Source: a virus. From it: 41,696 nt of DNA. Each line of letters starts with the position of its first letter. Positions within the stretch are counted from its first letter, which is position 1. The position numbers and the translations under genes were made by a program. Where the stretch lies: the IMG/VR virus record IMGVR_UViG_3300044856_000069, positions 1 through 41,696 of that record; one strand, 5' to 3'. Positions 1 to 6,896 of the stretch are shown here, piece by piece. The notes under the pieces are model-generated. The model was not told the origin of the DNA. It saw only the letters and a list, made by a program, of their open reading frames with translations, and did no database searches.

Positions 1-127
1 CGTAACCGTTTCGCCTCCTTGAGCCGCGTGTGGCCGCATACGACCACGTTGTCCTTGTCAATCACAATAGGCTGCCGGAACCCGAACCGCTTGATCGATT
101 CTGCAACCGGCTTCACAGCCGGGTCGT
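1..127. repeat. Terminal direct repeat, identical to 41570..41696 (circular closure overlap)
   Basis: Compared base by base: cgtaaccgtttcgcctccttgagccgcg...cttcacagccgggtcgt is present at both ends. Confidence 0.9.
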
Positions 128-194
128 TTTTGCGCGGATTATGTTCATACGGCACCAGCTCCGACGGCTTCAGATACTCAATGTTCATGCTCAT
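1..194 (-). CDS. 5' end of the ParB-like nuclease domain / DNA methyltransferase fusion gene (wraps to 41569 once the overlap is removed; full length 433 aa)
   Basis: ATG at 194..192 with GGGAGG 5 nt upstream. The translation MSMNIEYLKPSELVPYEHNPRKNDPAVKPVAESIKRFG runs in frame into ORF 40462..41685. The joined length, 67+1235 nt, is divisible by 3. Confidence 0.85.
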   Translation of the reverse strand, partial: MSMNIEYLKPSELVPYEHNPRKNDPAVKPVAESIKRFGFRQPIVIDKDNVVVCGHTRLKEAKRL

Positions 195-208
195 AACAGC
201 CTCCCAGC

Positions 209-245
209 CAATAAAAAAGCGGACAGGTGAAAAACCTGCCCGCTT
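209..245 (-). terminator. Intrinsic terminator / attenuator hairpin in the leader of the ParB-MTase/terminase operon
   Basis: On the minus-strand RNA, AAGCGGGCAGGU-uuuuc-ACCUGUCCGCUU forms a 12-bp stem (one G-U) followed by UUUUUAUU. It lies between the predicted promoter (269..297) and the RBS at 200..205. Confidence 0.6.
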
Positions 246-268
246 CATACACTTTTTGCATTATAGTC

Positions 269-297
269 ATTATATCACACAATGAATTTTGAGTAAA
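269..297 (-). promoter_or_regulatory. Sigma70-type promoter with extended -10 (TTTACT-17-TGaTATAAT), candidate packaging/late operon promoter
   Basis: Minus strand: -35 TTTACT (297..292), 17-nt spacer, TG at 277..276, TATAAT at 274..269. A second TATAAT lies at 265..260. Confidence 0.45.
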
Positions 298-300
298 CCC

Positions 301-522
301 CTACGTGATAATTTTTTTCCTTTGGTCGTTTCGCCGGCTTCGGAGCGGTTCCCCTTTTTTGGCACGGCGCTTGTCCAGCTGTTCCAGAACCCAGTCGTAC
401 TCTTCCTGCGTGCAGTACAGACGCCGCTGCAGCCGCCGGTCGATCAGCTGCATCTTGGGCCTCCCTGCGCCTTCCCTGCGGCCACCGTTGTGTTTCCGGC
501 CGTCCTCTTTTTTCTCTTCCAT
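301..522 (-). CDS. Small basic DNA-binding protein, ribbon-helix-helix (MobC/CopG-like) candidate, 73 aa
   Basis: ATG at 522 with GGAGGTGAGGG upstream. The GAGRPK motif followed by RRLQRRLYCTQEEYDWVLEQL resembles the RHH strand-helix pattern. The gene sits directly upstream of the 269..297 promoter. Confidence 0.5.
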   Translation of the reverse strand: MEEKKEDGRKHNGGRREGAGRPKMQLIDRRLQRRLYCTQEEYDWVLEQLDKRRAKKGEPLRSRRNDQRKKIIT

Positions 523-542
523 GCCCTCACCTCCACGGGCCC

Positions 543-572
543 ATATTAGCATAAAAGGACTTGAAAATTCAA
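543..572 (-). promoter_or_regulatory. Promoter-box copy P0 (GCTTGAATTTTCAAG...GCTAATATG)
   Basis: Minus strand: TTGAAT (572..567), 18 nt, TAATAT (548..543). The palindrome CTTGAA-tt-TTCAAG also forms a hairpin followed by a U-run just after the GGCT stop codon. Confidence 0.45.
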
Positions 573-1000
573 GCCCTTTTTTTGCTGTAAACCAGCGCTT
601 CCCGTAGGATCTTACGCGGCATTTTAAACAGCTTGTACGCATTGTCCAGCACGCCGTAGTATTGCAGGCTGGGAACGCCGTGATGCCGGTCCTCGTGCAT
701 GATATACACTAGCGCCGGCCCGTAGCCGTCCACCCAGAGGTACTGCTTGTAGTAAAACCTTGGGGAACCTTCGTAGCGGTCCAGGCTGCGCTCGTCGCGC
801 TCCGAAATTTCCCAGAGCAGCGCCGGAACCTTGCACCCATCCTCCCGCTCGATGGTGGCGTAGCTGCCGGTCTGTGAGCCCTTGAACATGAGCCGCCACC
901 CGTCCAGCGTGGTGGTCCCTACGAACGCGGAGTCCGGGCACCGGTACTCCATCTGATCCAGGTCCATGTTGGACCCGTAAGCAATGTACAATTTACGCAT
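569..1000 (-). CDS. Gamma-glutamylcyclotransferase (GGCT / AIG2-like) family protein, 143 aa
   Basis: N-terminal AYGSNM (the GGCT-family YGS motif) and the core WEISERDERSLDRYEG...YYKQ. AGGAGG lies 8 nt upstream of the ATG. Confidence 0.75.
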   Translation of the reverse strand: MRKLYIAYGSNMDLDQMEYRCPDSAFVGTTTLDGWRLMFKGSQTGSYATIEREDGCKVPALLWEISERDERSLDRYEGSPRFYYKQYLWVDGYGPALVYIMHEDRHHGVPSLQYYGVLDNAYKLFKMPRKILREALVYSKKRA

Positions 1001-1043
1001 TTTAACATCCTCCTTTTATTTGAACCGGGGCTGTGGGCCCCGG

Positions 1044-1940
1044 TTAGGCTGCCTGGCCGTGGCGCCATGCGCTGCAGCCCTGCAGGTTTGCCATCATGTG
1101 AGTGCGGCAGGTCTTGAACTCGTCGCCGATCAGGCCCAGCCGGAGCAGCCAGCAGCGGAACGTGTACTTCTCATTGTCGCTGACGGTGCGGTCCATCTTG
1201 ATGCTGCGGCTGTTGATGGCCAGCGCGCTGACCGCCAGACAGAACTGCACGTAGGCTTTGACCTTACCGGCGTGGGTGGTTCCGTTGAACAGCCGGAACT
1301 CTACGGTGCCCTTGCTGAACGTTGCGTGCAGGTTCAGGCCATGGTACCGGGTGTCGTTGTAGTGGTGGTGTTTGCCGTTTACGCTGGAACCCTGCGATTC
1401 GTACCACAGATGCTCCCATGCGTTCATGTTCGCAGGGCGCTCGCCCTTTTCGATGCGGTCGGACAGGTTGCAGTTGACCTTCTTGGTGTAGGTGCATTCC
1501 CGGCGGCCGGTGATGGCCAGGGCCTTGTACAGCATGTCCTCCTTGGACCGGAAAATCTTTACCAGGTTCAGCAGGCTGCGTGCGTCGTGCTTGTCAGCGC
1601 CAACGTGTACGTGGATGCCGCAGGAGCCGTCGGCCTTTGCGCCTTTGCCCCGCAGGATCCGTACCACTTCCTGCACGTCTTCCAGGTCGTCGTAGGTGCA
1701 GATCGGAGTGACCACTTCGCAAGCATGGTCGGCATTGGTCAGGCTGCCGTCCCTCATGAACTTCCAGGTGCGTCCCTTGCGGTCGGTGCAGGTCCAGGCA
1801 TCGTAGCCAATCTCGTAGCCATCGTACCGTGCGTGGGTTCCAAAGTATTCCGCAATCGCCAGGGCTGCGGTTTTCCGTTCGATCTTAACCAGCTCGACTT
1901 CTACTCCGAACGTTTGATTCCTTAAATCTAACTTTGCCAT
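1044..1940 (-). CDS. Glutamine-synthetase-like amidoligase (Amidoligase_2 family), 298 aa
   Basis: ATG at 1940 with AGGAGG 8 nt upstream (the track ORF begins at GTG 1964). The motifs FGVEVE, CGIHVHVG, RYHGLNLH and GTVEFRLF match my recollection of Pfam Amidoligase_2. Confidence 0.7.
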   Translation of the reverse strand: MAKLDLRNQTFGVEVELVKIERKTAALAIAEYFGTHARYDGYEIGYDAWTCTDRKGRTWKFMRDGSLTNADHACEVVTPICTYDDLEDVQEVVRILRGKGAKADGSCGIHVHVGADKHDARSLLNLVKIFRSKEDMLYKALAITGRRECTYTKKVNCNLSDRIEKGERPANMNAWEHLWYESQGSSVNGKHHHYNDTRYHGLNLHATFSKGTVEFRLFNGTTHAGKVKAYVQFCLAVSALAINSRSIKMDRTVSDNEKYTFRCWLLRLGLIGDEFKTCRTHMMANLQGCSAWRHGQAA

Positions 1941-2000
1941 GTTTGCGTCCTCCTTTATTTTCACCGGCCCCCACGGGGCCCTTTGCCTTTCGATGTGTGC

Positions 2001-2029
2001 ATATTAGCTCTCATTTTTTGAAACGTCAA
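2001..2029 (-). promoter_or_regulatory. Promoter-box copy P1 driving the amidoligase-GGCT cassette (TTGACG-17-TAATAT)
   Basis: Minus strand: AGCTTGACGTTTCAAAAAATGAGAGCTAATATGCAC. Near-identical architecture to 36382..36410. Confidence 0.55.
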
Positions 2030-2097
2030 GCTCTTTTTATTAATTTTTTAAATGTTTTTAAAGGGCGCATGAACCCGCATGGTTAACAGGCTCGTGT

Positions 2098-2128
2098 AAT
2101 AAAAGAGGACGGCGTGTGCATGCCGTCC
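2098..2128 (-). terminator. Intrinsic terminator ending the early/middle operon (hairpin usable in both directions)
   Basis: GGACGGC-n8-GCCGTCC stem. The minus strand continues CUCUUUUAUU and the plus strand continues GTCTTGTTTTT. Confidence 0.6.
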
Positions 2129-2137
2129 GTCTTGTTT

Positions 2138-2311
2138 TTACTCTTTTTTTCTTGTTTTTTCCCGCGGCCGTGACATTTTTTTGCGCCGCACCTGCAGCTC
2201 ATGCAGGAAACCTCGCAGCATAGCCGCCGGAATGATCACGGACCCGTTGCAATATTTGATGTTCCGCAGGATCGTCCGCGCGTCCGCACTATCCGGCACA
2301 ATGTAATTCAT
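2138..2311 (-). CDS. Small basic hypothetical protein, 57 aa (below the ORF-track cutoff)
   Basis: Its ATG overlaps the upstream stop codon (ATGA). Translation: MNYIVPDSADARTILRNIKYCNGSVIIPAAMLRGFLHELQVRRKKMSRPREKTRKKE. Third codon positions are G/C-rich like neighbouring genes, and the terminator follows immediately. Confidence 0.5.
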   Translation of the reverse strand: MNYIVPDSADARTILRNIKYCNGSVIIPAAMLRGFLHELQVRRKKMSRPREKTRKKE

Positions 2312-2832
2312 CCATCCAACGCCTCCGCTCCATACAACCGCAACGCCAACACCCGGACCAGTGACGCCTTCGCCTTGGCCACCACCTGCCAGGTAGTGTC
2401 GTGCTTTTCCGCAATTTCCTCGATGCTCATGCGCTCAAAATAAAACTCCACCAGCCACTGGTAATCGGCATTCATTTTGATCGTGCTCAGGGCCCGGTCC
2501 ATAACAGCTAGCTCCTGCCGGTCGCGCTCCAGCTTGGCCTGTACCGCCAAAATACGGCCCTCCTGGCGCTCTTCCGGAGTGAGCTTCACCCCAGCCTGCT
2601 CCGACCACCGCACAATAGACTTACTGGTCTCCGTCACCTTTTCCCGCCGCAGATCTTCGATGTCTGCAGGCCAGCGATTATGCACGTTATCCACGAGCAC
2701 CGGGTACGCATACAGCCGCTGCTCCGTTGCCTTGTACCCAGACATCCGTGGCGGCTGGCGCTGGGCCAGCACCAACGGAACTGTCCGTCGCACTGTTTCG
2801 ATGATCAGTTTCCGGACCTCTTTGTCGTTCAT
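2308..2832 (-). CDS. Phage transcriptional activator, RinA/ArpU-like with sigma-70 region-4 HTH, 174 aa
   Basis: The C-terminal YFERMSIEEIAEKHDTTWQVVAKAKASLVRVLALRLYG looks like a region-4 HTH. ATG at 2832 with GGAGG 7 nt upstream. It is the last gene of the replication block, ahead of the packaging genes. Confidence 0.55.
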   Translation of the reverse strand: MNDKEVRKLIIETVRRTVPLVLAQRQPPRMSGYKATEQRLYAYPVLVDNVHNRWPADIEDLRREKVTETSKSIVRWSEQAGVKLTPEERQEGRILAVQAKLERDRQELAVMDRALSTIKMNADYQWLVEFYFERMSIEEIAEKHDTTWQVVAKAKASLVRVLALRLYGAEALDG

Positions 2833-2834
2833 CG

Positions 2835-3410
2835 TCACGCCTCCGTCGCTTCACCGTCGCAACCAAACCCAGGAAGCGCCTGATGTTTCGCGTCCTCCGG
2901 TTCCGCATCCTCCGCAAATTCCAGCACGGTCTGTGCACGTTCGCCGTTGATGTACGCCATGGACCGGTCAATAAACTGCCGGACGGTGTACGTCAGGTCT
3001 TGCCCCAGGACGTCCTGGTTTTCGTTTTCGCGGGTCCTCGGGTACGCACCATGATAGGTGTCAAATAGCCCGAAAAACGTCGTCTTGGATTTGACCTCGT
3101 GATCAGGCAGCCCGTACATGAGATGGAACGCCACCTCCTCCGTCCAGGACTTCTTACTGGCCTGCCGGAGCTCGATGCCATACATCGCGAAATGGAACGG
3201 CGGGTGCGCCATCGCAACGTCCACACCGAACATCTTCTGCATGACCGGCATCGACAACTGCTTGACCAGTCCGATCAATTCAGGTACCGGCGGCTCTTCG
3301 CACCGGACTCTAACCACATCGCCGAAACAATTCTCACCCTCGGCCTGGTAGCTGTACTCGATCGGAGTGACCTCCGGCGGGTTTAAAAACTTGAACGAAA
3401 TAAACTGCAT
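2835..3410 (-). CDS. Hypothetical protein, 191 aa
   Basis: ATG at 3410 with GGAGGTGG 5 nt upstream. Codon bias matches the genome. I recognise no motif. Confidence 0.6.
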   Translation of the reverse strand: MQFISFKFLNPPEVTPIEYSYQAEGENCFGDVVRVRCEEPPVPELIGLVKQLSMPVMQKMFGVDVAMAHPPFHFAMYGIELRQASKKSWTEEVAFHLMYGLPDHEVKSKTTFFGLFDTYHGAYPRTRENENQDVLGQDLTYTVRQFIDRSMAYINGERAQTVLEFAEDAEPEDAKHQALPGFGCDGEATEA

Positions 3411-3451
3411 CAAAACCACCTCCACACTAACGCTACAAACGCCCAGCTTGG

Positions 3452-3913
3452 TTAGAACGGTACTTCCTCGTCGAACGGAACCTGGGTGCCTAAGTTGTCA
3501 AACGCCGTCGGCTGTTTGTACTGTGGCTGGGCCGGTTGCTGTTGCGGATACTGTGCCTGAGGAAATCCCTGTTGCGGGGGATGCTGTTGGCCTTTCGCGC
3601 TGTCCCCAAAGTAGAAGTTTTGGCAGATGATTTCATAGGCTCTGCGCTTGTTTCCGTTCTTGTCGGTGTAATCTCTCGTTTCCAGTCTCCCGGACACGAC
3701 GATCAGCCGACCTTTGGCCAGATACTTGCTGGCCAGTTCCGCCGTTCCTTTCCAGCAAACGATGTCGAAGAAATCCGTTGGCCGGTTCCCTTGCTGGTCT
3801 CTGTAGTCCCGGTCCACCGCCAGGGTGAATCCGGCAACAGCCGTCCCGTTCGGGGTCTGCCTCAACTCCGGGTCTTTGGTCAGACGGCCCATAACCTTAA
3901 TGTCATTCAGCAT
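3452..3913 (-). CDS. ssb: Single-stranded DNA-binding protein
   Basis: OB-fold N-terminus MGRLTKDPELRQTPNGTAVAGFTLAV...WKGTAE, a Gln/Pro-rich linker, and an acidic C-terminal tip DEEVPF. Confidence 0.9.
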   Translation of the reverse strand: MLNDIKVMGRLTKDPELRQTPNGTAVAGFTLAVDRDYRDQQGNRPTDFFDIVCWKGTAELASKYLAKGRLIVVSGRLETRDYTDKNGNKRRAYEIICQNFYFGDSAKGQQHPPQQGFPQAQYPQQQPAQPQYKQPTAFDNLGTQVPFDEEVPF

Positions 3914-4508
3914 CTTCTTTCACTTCCTTTTCCTCCGGCAGCAGGCCGATGCTACCGACCAGCTGCTGCATACGTCCCGCGTCCTTCCCCAGCACGTAGC
4001 TGTTCACCGCAGCCTCATCTTTCCGCTGGCACGCCTGATCGTAGGCACGCCGAAGCTGTGCCCAGACAGTCGGCATATCGTCCTCCATTACGCGGTTTAA
4101 ACTATCCAGTCCGTAGCTGTCCACCGCGGCTTTGATTTCCGGCGTGCTCCACTTGGGCTCGCAGGGCTGCCCGAAGTCAGGATAGTCGGCTGGAACTTCG
4201 CCCAGGCAGCCAACGAACCACGTGCGGCTCAACCCTTTGCTGATTTCGGTCTGGGCCTCCTGCCAGGTTTTGACTTTGCGCGACGGGTCCACCGTTCCCA
4301 TGAGCGACATAGCCGCCTGCCGTATTTCAGCTATGGCCGGCAGGAATTTTTGTTCACAAATACATTTTTTTATCGTTTTGTTTAAAAGTTTTGGTGGAAT
4401 ATCAGCCAGCATACTGGCATACACGTCCTGCGTTTCTTCTTCTTTCCCCAGCCGGTACGCTGTAAAAAGCAGTTGCACGGCGTTCATGGTTTCAGCTGAG
4501 TATGTCAT
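3903..4508 (-). CDS. Replication-associated protein, possible G39P-like helicase loader, 201 aa
   Basis: ATG at 4508 with GGAGG 6 nt upstream. Sits between the replisome organizer and ssb. The N-terminal pattern ...YASMLADIPPKLL...KFLPAIAEIRQAA resembles G39P-type loaders. This is a weak call. Confidence 0.35.
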   Translation of the reverse strand: MTYSAETMNAVQLLFTAYRLGKEEETQDVYASMLADIPPKLLNKTIKKCICEQKFLPAIAEIRQAAMSLMGTVDPSRKVKTWQEAQTEISKGLSRTWFVGCLGEVPADYPDFGQPCEPKWSTPEIKAAVDSYGLDSLNRVMEDDMPTVWAQLRRAYDQACQRKDEAAVNSYVLGKDAGRMQQLVGSIGLLPEEKEVKEDAE

Positions 4509-5172
4509 CAATATCCTCCTTGCTTAACCGGCGTCTGGCCTTCCCAGACTTGCTGTCCTGATCAGCCCAATAACAGATGGTCGCAAAGTGGTCTGCGTAC
4601 TTTTTCCCGGAAGATTTCATATACATCGACAACCGGTCAATTTTTTGCTGCCAATCTGGGAATTTTTCCTGCAGCTGCTGCAATTCTTTTGCAGTGAGAA
4701 AAACATTGGAATGCGGGCCGTATCGCGCGCGTGTTTCTTCCCCTTCTTCCCCTTCTTCCCCTTCTTCTATAATAGGTAGGTGTCCCGTTTGTGTCCCGCT
4801 TGTGTCCCGCTTGTGTCCCGCTTGTGTCCCATTTTGTGTCCCAGCAAGCTGATATTTTTCCCAATTAACCACGGTAATAACGGTGTTCCGAGGGCTTGTC
4901 TGTGTCTCGATTTGTGTCTCGGTTTTGAGCACATCTATGACACGGAAAAGCGTCCCTCTTGAAATCCGTAAATCCGCCGCTATTTCCCGCAGTTTAAAAA
5001 GCCCCTGGCCAGGCTGCAGCGTAATACGTTTCCCCTCGAACACAACGTCCGTCGGGCGCCATTTTACGCGGCCCAAAATATACATCCAGACAGCTAAAAC
5101 GTTAGGCCGCAGCATCCATGGGTTCCGGAAAATAGACCTGTGGATCTTGATCCAGCCTTTCTCGTCGGCCAT
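4492..5172 (-). CDS. Replisome organizer / replication initiator with N-terminal winged-helix domain
   Basis: N-terminus WIKIHRSIFRNPW...LREIAADLRISRGTLFRVIDVL. A repeat-encoded central linker carries the iterons. The C-terminal domain is DnaD-like in position. Confidence 0.65.
   Translation of the reverse strand: MADEKGWIKIHRSIFRNPWMLRPNVLAVWMYILGRVKWRPTDVVFEGKRITLQPGQGLFKLREIAADLRISRGTLFRVIDVLKTETQIETQTSPRNTVITVVNWEKYQLAGTQNGTQAGHKRDTSGTQTGHLPIIEEGEEGEEGEETRARYGPHSNVFLTAKELQQLQEKFPDWQQKIDRLSMYMKSSGKKYADHFATICYWADQDSKSGKARRRLSKEDIDDILS
4735..4922. repeat. Putative origin of replication: iterons inside the organizer gene
   Basis: GTGTCCC occurs at 4780, 4791, 4802, 4813, 4824 and 4836, giving an 11-bp phase. 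TTCTTCCCC is repeated 3.5 times (4735..4767). TGTGTCTCG occurs twice (4901, 4914). An AT-rich stretch spans 4850..4885. Confidence 0.6.
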
Positions 5173-5184
5173 GGTACCGCCTCC

Positions 5185-5481
5185 CTAAAACAAACTCTGC
5201 ACCGTAGTCATGTACGGCATAATGTCCTCTACGGACCGGGCCAGGATGTACGGCGCATGACCTGCCACCGCAGCCTGGTACCTTTTCTGTGCCGGGCTCT
5301 GCCGGCCGTCCTTTGACTTGCACTCGATCAGGATAACCCTGCCGCCTTTGTAGGCTTCCATGTCAGGCCGCCCAGGAACCACATAAGGACCGAACTGCGG
5401 GTTACTTTGCACGAACCAGCCGTCGGCCTTCAGCATTTTCTTTATTGAGTCCTTGACTCTGTTCTCCGGCGTGTCTTTCAT
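5185..5481 (-). CDS. VRR-NUC domain nuclease (PD-(D/E)XK)
   Basis: GRPDMEAYKGGRVILIECKS carries the D...E.K catalytic pattern. About 98 aa, a typical VRR-NUC size. Confidence 0.7.
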   Translation of the reverse strand: MKDTPENRVKDSIKKMLKADGWFVQSNPQFGPYVVPGRPDMEAYKGGRVILIECKSKDGRQSPAQKRYQAAVAGHAPYILARSVEDIMPYMTTVQSLF

Positions 5482-6173
5482 ACTCCCTCCATGTACACCG
5501 GTACCGCTACTACCCCGCGGATTTTATCCACCGCGGCCTGCTTGTTTAGATTCCGATCAGAACCGTGCAGCAGATACACGGCATGCGTCTTGGACAAGTC
5601 CTGCGTCTTCAGGAACGCCGCCACGTGGTCCACCGACATGTGGCTTTGCAGTATCCGTTTTGCCTGGGCCTCATGCACCGCACCGGCCGTGATGTTTTCT
5701 TGCAGGATAGGCAGCTCATAGTTGCACTCCAGCATCCATACCGTCACGTGCGGGAAAAGGTATGGCAGCACGTAGGTATCCGTCGCGAATACCACCCGTT
5801 CTCCATCCGGAGAATCCACAATGTAGCCGACAGGATCCGCTGCATCATGCTTTGTCCTAAAGGCCGTGACCGTCCATCCGTTCAAACGTAGCGCTTTCCC
5901 GGGCTTCGGGATTGCATGCCCCACTTTCAAGAGAGCCTGGGTTCCTGCACTCATATAAACCGGGATCCCAGCCCGCCAATACTGTCCTACATACCCGGCA
6001 TGATCCCCATGCTCGTGCGTCACAAAGCACCCAGCGACGCGGGATAGGCCCGTAGACAACTTTTTGCGGAGCCGGAATAGCGAGATGCCAGCTTCCAGCA
6101 AAAGGACGCTGTCGGCGCATCGCAACGCACAACAATTCCCTTTACTGGAGCTGGACAAAACATCGATAATCAC
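5478..6173 (-). CDS. MBL-fold metallo-hydrolase (putative nuclease)
   Basis: HxHxDH motif THEHGDH. GTG start immediately after the recT stop codon. Confidence 0.75.
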   Translation of the reverse strand: MIIDVLSSSSKGNCCALRCADSVLLLEAGISLFRLRKKLSTGLSRVAGCFVTHEHGDHAGYVGQYWRAGIPVYMSAGTQALLKVGHAIPKPGKALRLNGWTVTAFRTKHDAADPVGYIVDSPDGERVVFATDTYVLPYLFPHVTVWMLECNYELPILQENITAGAVHEAQAKRILQSHMSVDHVAAFLKTQDLSKTHAVYLLHGSDRNLNKQAAVDKIRGVVAVPVYMEGV

Positions 6174-6893
6174 TTAAAACGGTCTCTTTTTCGGGGCGGG
6201 TGCAGCCTCTTCCACATGCGGAGCTGCCATCTTGGGGGCTTCCATTTCCACCGGAGTGGGAGCTTCTGACGCTTCCCGCTCCACGCGATCCGCCACAGAC
6301 TCTACGCTATTGCTGTCTTCGGGTACAGGGGTAACATCGATGACCTCGTGCAATTCCTCAGCTGTCTGCAAGCCCATGGAAATCTCCGGAGCGACGGTGC
6401 GGATCAAGAACGTGGCGGCCCGGTACTGGAGCATAAGTTGCGGCATCGTCTGCCACTTAGAACCTTTCTTCGTAGCCCAGTCCTCGGCATGAGCCATGCC
6501 CATGGTCACATCGATGGACATGACTTTTTCCCCCGTTGCCAGCTCGGTGGCATAGGCACGGCAGCCGTAATCGTCCTTCCCGGGAGTGCCGAAAAACTCA
6601 TATTTGATACTGCTGAACCGCCCGCAGGTGTTGAAGCAGGCAATCAGGAATTTAGAGGACCAGCCAGGGTTCCCGTAAACGATGTACAGGTTCTGCATAA
6701 CCATGAGCGGATCCGCCTGCAGACGGTTAGCCATGTTCAGCGCAATCAGCACGTTTGCAGGCTTCTTTTTAAACGTGTCCGGAATGATATCCGAATCGGA
6801 CATCATGTTTGCGATCTGGTACAAGGCTCTTGCGCCTTCCGTGCTGGTTAAAGATAAATCAACATTTTTTGCAACAACCGGCTTATTTTCCAT
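6174..6893 (-). CDS. recT: RecT-family single-strand annealing recombinase
   Basis: Core ...NLYIVYGNPGWSSKFLIACFN...WATKKGSKWQTMPQLMLQYRAATFLIR resembles RecT. Lies in a recombination gene context. Confidence 0.7.
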   Translation of the reverse strand: MENKPVVAKNVDLSLTSTEGARALYQIANMMSDSDIIPDTFKKKPANVLIALNMANRLQADPLMVMQNLYIVYGNPGWSSKFLIACFNTCGRFSSIKYEFFGTPGKDDYGCRAYATELATGEKVMSIDVTMGMAHAEDWATKKGSKWQTMPQLMLQYRAATFLIRTVAPEISMGLQTAEELHEVIDVTPVPEDSNSVESVADRVEREASEAPTPVEMEAPKMAAPHVEEAAPAPKKRPF

Positions 6894-6896
6894 TTT

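Noticed and set aside
1-127. Terminal repeat as LTR/IS end or biological DTR
   Set aside because: The repeat lies inside a gene, and collapsing it restores the reading frame. No inverted repeats or transposase are present. The length is typical of an assembler k-mer overlap.
1023-1045. Hairpin AACCGGGGC-n5-GCCCCGGTT between the amidoligase and GGCT genes as a terminator
   Set aside because: No U-run follows on the coding strand, and the GGCT RBS follows directly. It is more likely an intercistronic stability or processing element.
984-1925. 313-aa plus-strand ORF
   Set aside because: It is the antisense shadow of the amidoligase gene. It is Ala/Val/Gly-rich and low-complexity, has no RBS, and the opposite frame carries clear family motifs.
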